Below, piece after piece: positions 30,701-39,233 of a stretch of 41,219 bases of DNA. Every line of letters starts with the position of its first letter. Position 1 is the stretch's first letter. The DNA comes from Nitrospirota bacterium (lineage in GTDB: Bacteria > JACPQY01). The DNA lies in NCBI GenBank assembly GCA_016180645.1, contig JACPAV010000029.1, forward strand, positions 1 through 41,219, read 5' to 3'. The position numbers and the translations under genes were made by a program. The notes beneath the pieces are model-generated. The model saw only the letters and a list, made by a program, of their open reading frames with translations, ran no database searches and was not told the DNA's origin.

Positions 30701-30820
30701 TTCTACGAGCAACGCCGTGGTATCGAGAACCGGGGTCTTCTTTTTCTCCTGGGATTGACAAGCAAACGACAACGATACGATGCAGAACAAGACCGCTGCG
30801 GCTTTCACGATGGACACCAT
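27797..30820 (-). CDS. CehA/McbA-type (PHP-like) metallohydrolase lipoprotein with carboxypeptidase-regulatory-like domains
   Basis: SFAC lipobox; DSHRH, SSDHD, GHFN.FP, QINH, EIING and SDSH metal-binding motifs. Confidence 0.8.
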   Translation of the reverse strand: MVSIVKAAAVLFCIVSLSFACQSQEKKKTPVLDTTALLVEGETRAGKITDEAALIKGPAGESELGDYRIYNDKVAFVIHNEQPSDGYIHNGGAIIDADLIRSGGEPGQDMIKEYSPIFGLMRLQDVDTVTVVDPGGFEKPAVIEAEGRDGTVEFGAALAGAGGGTASSVIAALDLGRDNGLKIRTRYTLGPSSNAIRIETFVKNDSDEHWPRPLDVAEFLTTVSSLLSAPDRLAIRRALATFGSNETLRKTAGDAIIFSDHAADPYMLGVGFNRKEITDAVNLGLLLTTGVETPQNSTKMLGAVGERHEVAYGLFLPDDQTIALLAGPGLTGDFMIFGAYEAEIELDPGQETSFVRYLAVGRDVAELNGARLDLSGIEGIGTISGNVKTDTGASVEGARVHALDGSGNYDSMAVTRSGGSYSMRLPAGEWTLSATGESEGENIMYPSGYPFMSRIADGYAKGAEVKVSLPAEGSVGQELTVGETTSFNGTIKDSSGTLLPGKISFLYDKMPDPSDEEARQLARLWVQTPYRNTKKVIWTSDGQFEGQIEPGKYRVTASLGFEYDIHTIPVTFAAGEKRDLNFVLRRAVDLKDISGKVAYVSIDSHRHAGPSNHGEARAEDSIITNLAEGLWSFASSDHDIVTDYRPLIQELGLQDKVVAFNSVEISTAGVTDADGKVKPFSGHFNPFPVLLGGGINKGAPIWWAPSRTPGLIDGTPASIFKYAREKLLAKVIQINHGGDDGYFCWRGYDPATHTAADPLYSDNYELMEIINGKGKDNWLSELTIWYGQLNFGGKTVGVAVSDSHHRLNGEPGYGRTYVGVPVSVNAPKLFTDEELIKRLTCEGVEAGKEPCRNYIVSGGPFIRVRLVHGQFIDVSKGIGDTLKAKFARLQFEIHAPTWMGKLDFRINENGKTLYTSKSKEMSQCAQSATGTKRFDCDVTVSPSADAWYNIETRVEEGLESANTLDPVYPGAIAFAVTGPLYLDVDSNGWTPPNTAPEIRRRDGKNCD

Positions 30821-30842
30821 GTTAGTCCTCCGCCGCGAAAAA

Positions 30843-32534
30843 TCAATTCAGGCACGCAAAGGCTTCGGAGGGGAGGAGGAAACGGGCACCGGAGGATTCG
30901 AGAGATGGAAGGGTTTGCGCGAGGCCTTCATACGTGTTGCCCCAAACGGAGGCGCTGAGGAATGTGATGGGATCGCCGCGGGCCGAAGACCCGTTGAGGA
31001 CGGCGTTGATGCGGTCGGCGAAGGTGGCGGGCGTGTCTTCGTACTGGCTGGCCACGGCCAGTGCCCACTTGCCGTCGCCGTACTGAAAGCTTTTCGAGCC
31101 GGGGAATTCGACATAACCGACGAGGAAACCTTTATTGGCCGTGCCGGCTTCAACGGCGGCGATGGTCTTCCATGTCGGATCACTCGCCGTCAGGAGCGGA
31201 ACGTCCAGGAACCACGTGGATGTCAGGCCGAGCCGTCCTGCGGTTTCAAAGCTTTTCCTCATGAACTCCTCCGCGGACCGATGATACGCCGGGAGGGCGT
31301 AGCCGATTCCCATCATCGAAACCCATTCGTCATTCGGGGTTACGCCGCTGAGATAGTAATCCATGGCGGCGGGCCCCAGCGCGAGGAGCGAGAGGCCGAT
31401 GCTCCAACCGACGGGCAGGGCTCCGCGCAACGGGCTCTCCCAGTAGTCGGGGCGGACATACCGGTTGAAAGGGATGGACACGTTGTCCGCATCACTGATG
31501 GCGACAACAAATCGGGCCTTGCCCGAGGAGCAGATCGAGCCGGAACCTCCGACCGCAGCGTGTGGCACGGAAGGCGGTTGGGACGGAACCACAGCCGAGT
31601 GAACGGAGAGATTGCTCGTCGTATCGGAAGGCACCAGGAACAAGCCGGCTTCGGAGATGGCCTTCACCGCCAGAAACTCCTCCACGCCATTGAGGGCGAT
31701 GTAGCCGTAGATGGGGGTGACCGCGGGCAGGAGATTAAAGAGGGACCGCACCTTTTCCCACTGTTCCATGAGGGGCCGCGCGTATGCGGTCATCACTCCC
31801 TGCTGGATTAGAAAATCGCGAAGACGGAATTCCGTCGGCGTGAGATCGGCGAGGCGCGGGAAAGTTTGCCCCCTAAGTCGCCGCTCGACCTCGGCGAGCG
31901 CTTCGCTTTCTGATTTGAACATGCCCCTCAGATCGACCCTCTCCGCGCTCGGGAGGTATGCGGCGGCCGTGTCCTCGATGGAATCGAACAGAATCACACC
32001 GGGATCAACGGCGGCCATCGCATGAGCGATGTGAAGGCTCCAGGGTTCCTTCGCCGAAACCAGGTAGACCCGCCTCACGCTGGAACCGAACAGGGACAAC
32101 GCCCCACTGAGATCGATCGAATCTTCCCATTTCACCCCGTATCGGTCTCGATAGACGTTCATCCAGAAGCGAGCGCTCATGCCATCCTCGTCGGTTTCCC
32201 ACGGTCGATCGCCTTCCTTGCCGCCGCCGATCAGATAGAGACGGACCTCATCGCGATTGATCGTTCCTTGGAGGGTCGAAGCCAGAATGTTTCGCTCCAA
32301 GTTCTCGTCCGCCAGCGTGACGGGATAGATTTTCCCCAGAGGTGGTCGGCGATTGAGATACATCTGATCGAAAGCCGAGAGGCCGGAGGAGAGTGGGCTG
32401 TTGTTGTCGCACCCGGCGACAGTGAGCATCAGGCAGCAAGCGGTGAGGGCGAGGCGCGTGATCCCGTGATCCCGTGATCCCGTGATCCCGATCAGGTCCG
32501 TTTTCGGGCTTCTTTCTGATTCCCTCGGGTTCAC
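30843..32534 (-). CDS. GxGYxYP-like putative glycoside hydrolase lipoprotein
   Basis: VAGC lipobox; STLQGTINR, NLSVHS, ISDADN, PVGWSI and GIGYALP motifs. Confidence 0.75.
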   Translation of the reverse strand: MNPRESERSPKTDLIGITGSRDHGITRLALTACCLMLTVAGCDNNSPLSSGLSAFDQMYLNRRPPLGKIYPVTLADENLERNILASTLQGTINRDEVRLYLIGGGKEGDRPWETDEDGMSARFWMNVYRDRYGVKWEDSIDLSGALSLFGSSVRRVYLVSAKEPWSLHIAHAMAAVDPGVILFDSIEDTAAAYLPSAERVDLRGMFKSESEALAEVERRLRGQTFPRLADLTPTEFRLRDFLIQQGVMTAYARPLMEQWEKVRSLFNLLPAVTPIYGYIALNGVEEFLAVKAISEAGLFLVPSDTTSNLSVHSAVVPSQPPSVPHAAVGGSGSICSSGKARFVVAISDADNVSIPFNRYVRPDYWESPLRGALPVGWSIGLSLLALGPAAMDYYLSGVTPNDEWVSMMGIGYALPAYHRSAEEFMRKSFETAGRLGLTSTWFLDVPLLTASDPTWKTIAAVEAGTANKGFLVGYVEFPGSKSFQYGDGKWALAVASQYEDTPATFADRINAVLNGSSARGDPITFLSASVWGNTYEGLAQTLPSLESSGARFLLPSEAFACLN

Positions 32535-32560
32535 GGGTTCACGATTTACGGGCTCACGAC
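32412..32560. repeat. ~150-bp tandem-repeat module, copy 1 (copy 2 at 33361-33515)
   Basis: (GTGATCCC)x4 at 32458-32489 plus GGGTTCAC-like units; closely similar to 33361-33515. Confidence 0.85.
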
Positions 32561-32561
32561 C

Positions 32562-33515
32562 TCACGGCCAGAAGGCCGTCGTCGGATTGTGCCCCGAGAC
32601 GTGGCAGTTGTAGCACATGGCGTTCGACAAGGTCTGGTCATTTTCATAGCCGTGACACACCGAACAGTTTGAGGGCATTGCGCTGCTGCGCTTGGATTGA
32701 ATGAACATCAAGTGCAGTTCGTGGAGTCCCTGGCCGCTTGCGGCCTCCGGCGTCTTTGTGGCGAAGGAGTGACAATCTGTGCAGGTCGCAATCGTCCCGT
32801 GGCGCGGATCCTGGAAGGAGTGGCAGCCGACGCACCCCGGTGCGATGAATTGGACCTTGGCGCCGCTCTTGCGCGGTTTGTCGGCAGGATAGCCCTTCTC
32901 GAACACATCGGTGTGACGCGTCCGAGTTTGAGTCAGCATTTCGTATGGTCTGCCGGGTCCATCATACGTTCCTCCCGTACCGAGGTCCGGGTGGGCCGAG
33001 CTGCGTACCTGATTCGGCAGCCAGAGGTGGCAGGACGAGGCGCAATCGCCCTTCGACTCGGTGACACCCGGCGGGTAAGCATCGAGTGAATGTCGGCTGC
33101 CGGTTGAGGTGACCGGATGGCAAGTGAAGCAGGTGTCGGGTTCCAGCGTGAAGGCCGGGTGCCGGCCGCGACGCGGCCAATCGAGAACATACTCCTCCAA
33201 TCCCGTGAAAGGTGACGTTCGGGCGAGCAGCCCCTTCGATGAAGTACCGAGCCATTCTCTCGGACCATCCGCATCGCTGCCGCGGGCAGCCGTGAGAGCG
33301 GCATAATCGTGACACGTCGAGCATTCGACGCCCACGCGGGGCTTGTCCTCGTCGGCGCAGCCGGCGAGGGTGAACAGTAAGCAGTAAGCAGTGAGCAGCA
33401 AGCGCGTGATCCCGTGATCCCGTGAGCCCGTGAGCCCGATCAGACTCGTTTTCAGGCCGTTCTCTGATTCCGTCTGGTTCACGGGTTCACGATTCACGGG
33501 CTCACGATTTGCCAT
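32562..33515 (-). CDS. Multiheme cytochrome c lipoprotein
   Basis: LAGC lipobox; CSTCH, CFTCH, CVGCH, CTDCH, CSVCH and CYNCH, plus CASSCH (CX3CH). Confidence 0.9.
   Translation of the reverse strand: MANREPVNREPVNQTESENGLKTSLIGLTGSRDHGITRLLLTAYCLLFTLAGCADEDKPRVGVECSTCHDYAALTAARGSDADGPREWLGTSSKGLLARTSPFTGLEEYVLDWPRRGRHPAFTLEPDTCFTCHPVTSTGSRHSLDAYPPGVTESKGDCASSCHLWLPNQVRSSAHPDLGTGGTYDGPGRPYEMLTQTRTRHTDVFEKGYPADKPRKSGAKVQFIAPGCVGCHSFQDPRHGTIATCTDCHSFATKTPEAASGQGLHELHLMFIQSKRSSAMPSNCSVCHGYENDQTLSNAMCYNCHVSGHNPTTAFWP
33361..33515. repeat. ~150-bp tandem-repeat module, copy 2
   Basis: GTGATCCC/GTGAGCCC x4 at 33406-33437; CAGTAAG heptamers; GGGTTCAC-like units. Confidence 0.85.
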
Positions 33516-34115
33516 TCACGGCATATTCCCGTCCGGCGTCATCTCCTCACCGAGCGGTTCGCGGAGGCTGAAGTCCGGATGGTTGATGTAGCCGAGGTTG
33601 TTTCCGGGAAAGCCCAGTGCGGCATAGGCGACGGGACTGGTGTAGTACACTCCCCGGATGAACTTGAACAGGTAGCCGAGGAGAGGCAACGTGGCCTCGA
33701 TGGATTTCGTGACTTCGGTGCGTTCCTCAAGGCCTAGCGTCTTGTACTCGGCTCCGTATTTCTTCTTGGCCTGGTCATCCAGGAATGTGACGATCAGGGG
33801 GGCGGCGGCCGCCAGAGGCAGCATGGGGTCGTAGAGCTGTTCGAGCGGGCAGACTTCGGCTGCGCCCGGCAGACCGCGGGGGTCCTCCTTTGCGCTCGGA
33901 ATGACGGTGTCCGCCAGGGCGAGAAGCGTCTCCTCCTCGTGGTTCGTCGGTTTCTGGCACGAACCGAAGAACACGTTCGGCTCATCCTCCGATCTTTTCG
34001 CGCAGGCGCCGACCAGCGGAAGCAGCATGGCTTGGCCGACGGCGAGCAGGAAACTGCGGCGGTCAGGAGAGACCGCCGTGCTTGCATCCTTGTTGCGCGG
34101 CCCGGATGGCCGCAT
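33516..34115 (-). CDS. Gluconate 2-dehydrogenase subunit-3-like Tat (lipo)protein
   Basis: DRRSFLL twin-arginine motif, VGAC, TLLALADTVIP, PGA and YYTSP...LGFPG motifs. Confidence 0.8.
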   Translation of the reverse strand: MRPSGPRNKDASTAVSPDRRSFLLAVGQAMLLPLVGACAKRSEDEPNVFFGSCQKPTNHEEETLLALADTVIPSAKEDPRGLPGAAEVCPLEQLYDPMLPLAAAAPLIVTFLDDQAKKKYGAEYKTLGLEERTEVTKSIEATLPLLGYLFKFIRGVYYTSPVAYAALGFPGNNLGYINHPDFSLREPLGEEMTPDGNMP

Positions 34116-34183
34116 GACGCGGCAAGTGCGGCGGTCCCAGGTCAACATCTTCGATAGGTGCCGAGGACTGAGGACGGAGATGA

Positions 34184-34242
34184 GTAGGGGAGCAGCTTTA
34201 GCTGCTCCCTCATCTTGGGAGGACCTAAAGGTCCTCCCCTAC
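34184..34242. repeat. GTAG-family REP doublet
   Basis: Same arms as 27662-27722 with a shorter spacer. Confidence 0.88.
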
Positions 34243-34254
34243 GAAGCGTTTCCC

Positions 34255-35703
34255 TCATAGTTTGTGGTTCAGTACGATGTACTCGGCAATCCGCTCCGCG
34301 TTCGCGGCGATCGTCAGGGAGGAATTGACGCCCGTTCCGCAAGGGACGCTTCCCCCGTCCGTCACAAAAAGTCCCTTGTAGCCGAACACCTCGCCGTTCG
34401 GGTCGCACACGGCCGTCTCCGGCGAATACCCGATCCGACAGGCGGACAGCAGATGGGCGGCGCCCCGCTCGAAGCCGCGGGGCGCTGCGTTCAAGACCTC
34501 GGCGTTGCCCGCGCGGGCGATTTCTTCCGCCACGCCCCTCGCCTTGTCCATGAAGGCCTGGAAGATGGGCGTAACCGGAAGGTCGACGATGGCTTTGCCT
34601 GTGTTGTCGATTCGCACCGTTCCTTCACCTTTGACCAGCCCGGTGAGCACGCAGGGGACCAGGCGGTTTCGGTACACGTCGTAGGCGAAGTGCTTGCTGT
34701 CGATCCCCCAAGCGAGTTCGGGGCTGCCGCCCGCGCGTCGGAGGTCCAGTCCGCCGAAGATGCCGGGTGGGATGGAGCCGGTGTGCATTTGGATGAGGTG
34801 TGAATTCCACCAGCCGAAGGTTTGCATCACGGCGTTGTTGCGCCCGCGCCAGATCGCCATGTTGTCGTAATAGGGCTTGGGCAGGAGCCACAGCCACGCA
34901 AGGTCGCCGTTGCTCGAGAAGTTCTGGCCGACTTGATCGGACAGCTTGTCGAGACCGGAGTTCGAGCGGAGGAGGAGGGCGGCGTCTTCAATGGCGTTGC
35001 AGGCGATGCACACGAGCGGGGCGTCGATTGCCTGAAGGCTTCCGTAGGGGTCGCGGTATTCCACGCGGTAGCCGCGGTCGGCGGTATTGATCCGCGTGGC
35101 CTTGCAATTCACGCGGAACTCAACGCCGAGGGCCTCGGCGGCCGGAATGTAGTTCAGGGTCAGACTTCTCTTGGCGTCGTAGATGCAACCGGCCTCGCAA
35201 TAGCCGCACTGCACGCAGTTCACATAGGGAAACCTCCCGCGGTCCACCTTCTTTCCGGCCGCTTGGATGAGTCGGGCAAAAAAGGTTCCACCGGCAGGCA
35301 CTTCATCCCATCGGGCCTGCGTGATGGACATCATCGACTCGACTTTCTCATAGTAGGGATTCATGACGGAACGAGTGATCTCGTCCGGCCACGGCTTGTA
35401 GCCGGTCTCGTCCACGAATTCGAAGACCTCTTTCGGCGAGCGGAGCATCATGCCCGAGAACATGACCGATCCGCCGCCGAGGGTGCGCGCATAGCGGAAG
35501 AGCGCCTCGAAGTCGGAGGAAGGAATCACATTGTAGAGGGTTTGGAGGTACCGCGGGTCCCAGCTTTGGCGGAAATCCTTGGCCGTGTTCCGAGCCCCCC
35601 ATTCCAGGACGACCACTTTTCGCCCTGCCTCGGCAAGCCGGAGCGCCGTGATCGAACCGCCAAACCCGGAACCGATGATGACCGCGTCGGGTGATCCTCC
35701 CAT
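34255..35703 (-). CDS. GMC-family FAD oxidoreductase (cholesterol-oxidase-like) with Cys cluster
   Basis: IIGSGFGG, LGGGS, CVQCGYCEAGC, AKRSL..NY, AHLLSAC and GLFVTDG motifs; no signal peptide of its own. Confidence 0.9.
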   Translation of the reverse strand: MGGSPDAVIIGSGFGGSITALRLAEAGRKVVVLEWGARNTAKDFRQSWDPRYLQTLYNVIPSSDFEALFRYARTLGGGSVMFSGMMLRSPKEVFEFVDETGYKPWPDEITRSVMNPYYEKVESMMSITQARWDEVPAGGTFFARLIQAAGKKVDRGRFPYVNCVQCGYCEAGCIYDAKRSLTLNYIPAAEALGVEFRVNCKATRINTADRGYRVEYRDPYGSLQAIDAPLVCIACNAIEDAALLLRSNSGLDKLSDQVGQNFSSNGDLAWLWLLPKPYYDNMAIWRGRNNAVMQTFGWWNSHLIQMHTGSIPPGIFGGLDLRRAGGSPELAWGIDSKHFAYDVYRNRLVPCVLTGLVKGEGTVRIDNTGKAIVDLPVTPIFQAFMDKARGVAEEIARAGNAEVLNAAPRGFERGAAHLLSACRIGYSPETAVCDPNGEVFGYKGLFVTDGGSVPCGTGVNSSLTIAANAERIAEYIVLNHKL

Positions 35704-35810
35704 GGCATCTGCAATACAACATGGTTCCGATCCACGCAAGGATTGGGGGGTGTGGTCGAAGCCCTCGGCTTCAGGTTGGTCTGGAAACTGCCGATGGAGA
35801 CGATAGAGCC

Positions 35811-37124
35811 ATGGTGTACCCGGATGCCGCGATGGCGGCGGTCGAAATGCAAGCCCTCCATGATGCGCATATGGAGGCGGTATACCGGAGCGCAGGCGAC
35901 CCCCGGGAGTGGGCACGAGCGATGGAACAGCTCGGCCGGGAATCGGCGAATCGCCAGGGGGAGGGGGGGAGCAGGCTGACCCCTTTGGAGCGGCTGTACC
36001 TCTACTGCCACCTTGAGATTTCGACCGATCCCGTGCGAGCGGCATCGCTCCAACCGGTCCTTCGAAAGTACCTCGATGCATGGCCCGACGATTTCTTCCT
36101 CCTCTACGCGGAAACCGAACTCAGCAATCTTCTCGGCGTAGACTCCCCCCATCGAGACCGGCTCGTCCACGCGGTCGTCTCGGATCGAACGGCTCCGCCG
36201 GTTCCCTTTGACCACCAACTCTCGCGCTCGTCGAACCCGGTCCTTTCTGTTTGCGTGTCCACGTGGAATCGCGTCGATTCAATCCGAAGACTCCTCGATA
36301 GCGTCCGACTCCATACACACGTGCCTTTCGAAATTCTCGTGGTCGACAACGGCAGCACGGATGGCACCCTCCCGTACCTGGCCTCGATGCGGAATGGGTT
36401 TCCGGAGTTGGGCGTGATTCTGTCACGCGGGCATCGATCGACCCTCGATGCGTACCGGCTGGCGTTCGGCCTCGTGCGCGGTTCCATCATCGGGGCCTTG
36501 GCGGACGACACCGAGGTCACGCCCGGCTGGGCGGAAGCGCTCGTCGCTGCGCTTCAATCGGATTCTCGAATCGGGACGGCCTTCCCGCTTGTATTGGAAT
36601 CGGACGGTGCAGTGGACCGGCTCGGCTCGTGTGTCCCCTATTCGAGCCGGAAACACCCGTGGGTCGGAAAACACGGCCCGCTGCCATACCGTCAAGGCGT
36701 GCCCCCGGATCAGGCGAATCTTCCAGGAGGCCCATTCGATTCCGAAGGCGGGGCCTATCCGTTCCTGCGGAGAAACGTGCTTGCCCGATTGAACATCTTC
36801 GATCCGCGGTACGTTCATGTGTGGGACAACGATCTCGCCCTTGAATCCCGTTCGAAAGGATTGCGAAACGTTACGTGTCCTGGGAGCCGGATTATCGATC
36901 ACCGGGTGATACACGAGGGTCCGCGCGTGGACGGAGCGGAAGTCGGCGGCTCGTTCGGCCTGAAGCTCTTTCATGATCCCGATTCGGCCCTGGCTGCCTT
37001 GCGGGCCCCCGACTCGATTGTTATGCGATACTTCAGGGATGACCTCCTGCTACAGTGCAAATGGTGGGCCTTCCGGATCCGGCCATGCAATAGGCAGGCG
37101 TCTATCGAGGTTAAGCCTCTATAG
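35811..37124 (+). CDS. Glycosyltransferase family 2 protein (start uncertain)
   Basis: LSVCVSTWNR, ILVVDNGSTDGT, ADD and WDNDL motifs; helical N-terminal extension. Confidence 0.8.
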   Translation: MVYPDAAMAAVEMQALHDAHMEAVYRSAGDPREWARAMEQLGRESANRQGEGGSRLTPLERLYLYCHLEISTDPVRAASLQPVLRKYLDAWPDDFFLLYAETELSNLLGVDSPHRDRLVHAVVSDRTAPPVPFDHQLSRSSNPVLSVCVSTWNRVDSIRRLLDSVRLHTHVPFEILVVDNGSTDGTLPYLASMRNGFPELGVILSRGHRSTLDAYRLAFGLVRGSIIGALADDTEVTPGWAEALVAALQSDSRIGTAFPLVLESDGAVDRLGSCVPYSSRKHPWVGKHGPLPYRQGVPPDQANLPGGPFDSEGGAYPFLRRNVLARLNIFDPRYVHVWDNDLALESRSKGLRNVTCPGSRIIDHRVIHEGPRVDGAEVGGSFGLKLFHDPDSALAALRAPDSIVMRYFRDDLLLQCKWWAFRIRPCNRQASIEVKPL

Positions 37125-37162
37125 TGATCCGGCGGGTAACTATAGAGGCTTGGCCTCGATAG
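37102..37162. repeat. Inverted doublet of the CTATAGAGGCT palindrome family
   Basis: CTATCGAGGTTAAGCCTCTATAG and CTATAGAGGCTTGGCCTCGATAG. Confidence 0.8.
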
Positions 37163-37175
37163 GGCGGGAGGCGGC

Positions 37176-39014
37176 GTGAAGCCTCTGCTGGTTTACGACG
37201 GCGATTGCGGCTTCTGCCGACACTGGATCGCGCGGTGGAGGCATTTCACGCAGGATCACATTGAGTACGCGCCCTACCAGCAGGTGGCTGAACGATTTCC
37301 GAACATCCCGAAGTGCGACTTTGAGACATCCGTTCGCCTGATCGAGCCCGACGGCAGAACCTTCGGCGGCGCGGAAGCTGTCTTTCGCGCGCTGGCTCAC
37401 TCACCTGGAAAGGGGTGGCCCCTCCGGGCCTATCAGGGCGTTCCCGGTGTGGCGGCTGCATCGGAGGCTGTCTACGCATTCGTCGCCGCCCACCGCCCAT
37501 TCTTCAGCAGGCTCACGCGCATTCTCTGGGGCCGGATGGAGCAGCCGGCATCGTACCATTGGACCCGATGGGTGTTTCTCCGGCTTCTCGGGATCGTCTA
37601 CCTGATCGCATTCCTCTCACTGGCTGATCAGGTGCTCGGCCTCATGGGGCGCGAGGGCATCCTGCCCGCGGAACGATATCTTGAAGCGGTGCGGAGCCAC
37701 TATGGCGGGGCACGGTTTGACCTTGTCCCCACCCTATTCTGGATCTGGCCGAACGATGCGTTCCTGCGCTTTCTGTGCTGGGGTGGATCGGGTCTCTCCG
37801 CGCTTCTCATCATCGGCGTGGCGCCTGCGACGGTCCTCCTTCCACTCTGGGTCTTCTATCTCTCGCTCGTTTCAGTCGGCGGTGATTTCTTGTCGTTCCA
37901 ATGGGACAACCTGCTTCTCGAAACCGGTTTTCTGGCCATCTTGTTCGCCCCCGGTGGGTGGCGGCCAAAACCGGGGCGCGAGCACGCGCCTTCACGCTGG
38001 GTACTTTTCCTCCTCCGATGGCTCCTCTTTCGGCTCATGTTCTCTTCGGGGATCGTGAAGCTCATGAGCGGAGATTCGACATGGCGCGATCTCACGGCCC
38101 TCCATTTCCACTACGAGACGCAGCCGCTTCCCACGTGGACGAGCTGGCTCGCCCACCAGATTCCCTCGGGCTTCCAGAAGTTCTCCGTTTTTTCGATGTT
38201 CGTCGTCGAAATGGGCGCGCCGTTCCTGGTTTTTCTTCCGAGACGCCCGAGGCTGCTCGCGTTTCTCGCGTTCTCGTCGCTCCAAATCCTCATCTGCGCC
38301 ACCGGGAACTACACGTTCTTCAATCTCCTGTCGTTTGCACTGGCCGTTCTTCTGCTGGACGATGCCCGGCTTGACCGCTTCGTTCCTCGCCGGTGGAAGG
38401 AGAACTTCCAGAAGGGGACGAGCGCGGCGGCTTCGCTCAGGCCGAGCCTGATGAATCGGATGGTCCTGATCGCGGCCTCCATGGCCATCCTCGTGCTGAG
38501 TGGAAGTCTGGTCTGGAGTCTCTTCGAGCGACCGCGGCGAATACCGGCGTCGATTCGGTCGCTCTACGGAATCACGGCGCCCTTTCGATCCATCAACGGC
38601 TATGGCCTCTTTGCCGTGATGACCACACAGCGCGACGAAATCATCATCGAGGGAAGCGACGACCAGGAGTCGTGGAAAGAATATGAGTTCAAATGGAAGC
38701 CGGGTGACGTTCACCATCGACCGGACTTCGTCCAGCCTCACCAGCCCCGCTTGGATTGGCAGATGTGGTTTGCGGCGCTCTCAACCTACGATCGAGAGCC
38801 GTGGTTCGCGAATTTCATGTTCCGGCTGCTTCAGGGGTCGCCGGAGGTCCTTGAGCTTCTGGGCAAGAATCCGTTCCCCGATCGCCCACCTGCCTTCGTG
38901 AGGGCCACCTTGTATCGCTATCGGTTCACAACCCCCGACGATCATCACCGCACGGGCGACTGGTGGCACCGCGAATACATGGGCACGTACTCGCCGGTCC
39001 TATCGCTTCGTTGA
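37176..39014 (+). CDS. DCC1-like thiol-disulfide oxidoreductase fused to lipase maturation factor (LMF)
   Basis: YDGDCGFC N-terminal domain; FQWDNLLLETGF, HYETQPLP, YGLFAVMT and HQPRLDWQMWFAA motifs; GGAGG RBS. Confidence 0.92.
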   Translation: MKPLLVYDGDCGFCRHWIARWRHFTQDHIEYAPYQQVAERFPNIPKCDFETSVRLIEPDGRTFGGAEAVFRALAHSPGKGWPLRAYQGVPGVAAASEAVYAFVAAHRPFFSRLTRILWGRMEQPASYHWTRWVFLRLLGIVYLIAFLSLADQVLGLMGREGILPAERYLEAVRSHYGGARFDLVPTLFWIWPNDAFLRFLCWGGSGLSALLIIGVAPATVLLPLWVFYLSLVSVGGDFLSFQWDNLLLETGFLAILFAPGGWRPKPGREHAPSRWVLFLLRWLLFRLMFSSGIVKLMSGDSTWRDLTALHFHYETQPLPTWTSWLAHQIPSGFQKFSVFSMFVVEMGAPFLVFLPRRPRLLAFLAFSSLQILICATGNYTFFNLLSFALAVLLLDDARLDRFVPRRWKENFQKGTSAAASLRPSLMNRMVLIAASMAILVLSGSLVWSLFERPRRIPASIRSLYGITAPFRSINGYGLFAVMTTQRDEIIIEGSDDQESWKEYEFKWKPGDVHHRPDFVQPHQPRLDWQMWFAALSTYDREPWFANFMFRLLQGSPEVLELLGKNPFPDRPPAFVRATLYRYRFTTPDDHHRTGDWWHREYMGTYSPVLSLR

Positions 39015-39082
39015 AGCACGCCAGGGAACAGCGCACCGGCCGCCGTCCATCCTTTGTAGACACTAAGAGGCGGCCGCCCCTT

Positions 39083-39181
39083 AGCGTCTAACAGAATGCG
39101 GATTCGTAGGGGAGCATCTTCAGATGCTCCCTCTTGTCGGGAGGGTCTGAAGACCCTCCCCTACGCATTCTGTTAGACGCT
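39083..39181. mobile_element. MITE-like unit with perfect 18-bp inverted repeats enclosing a GTAG REP doublet
   Basis: AGCGTCTAACAGAATGCG / CGCATTCTGTTAGACGCT; CTT directly repeated on both sides; REP doublet at 39106-39164. Confidence 0.65.
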
Positions 39182-39233
39182 CTTGGTGTATAGTATGGGT
39201 GACGGCTTGGTGGAAACGGGCTGGCGGCCTCGG

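Noticed and set aside
32458..33515. Possible CRISPR array
   Set aside because: Repeats are 7-8-mers without unique spacers, and no cas genes are present.
35704..36081. N-terminal extension of the GMC ORF
   Set aside because: The FAD-binding motif begins right after the ATG at 35703; the extension overlaps the GT2 gene.
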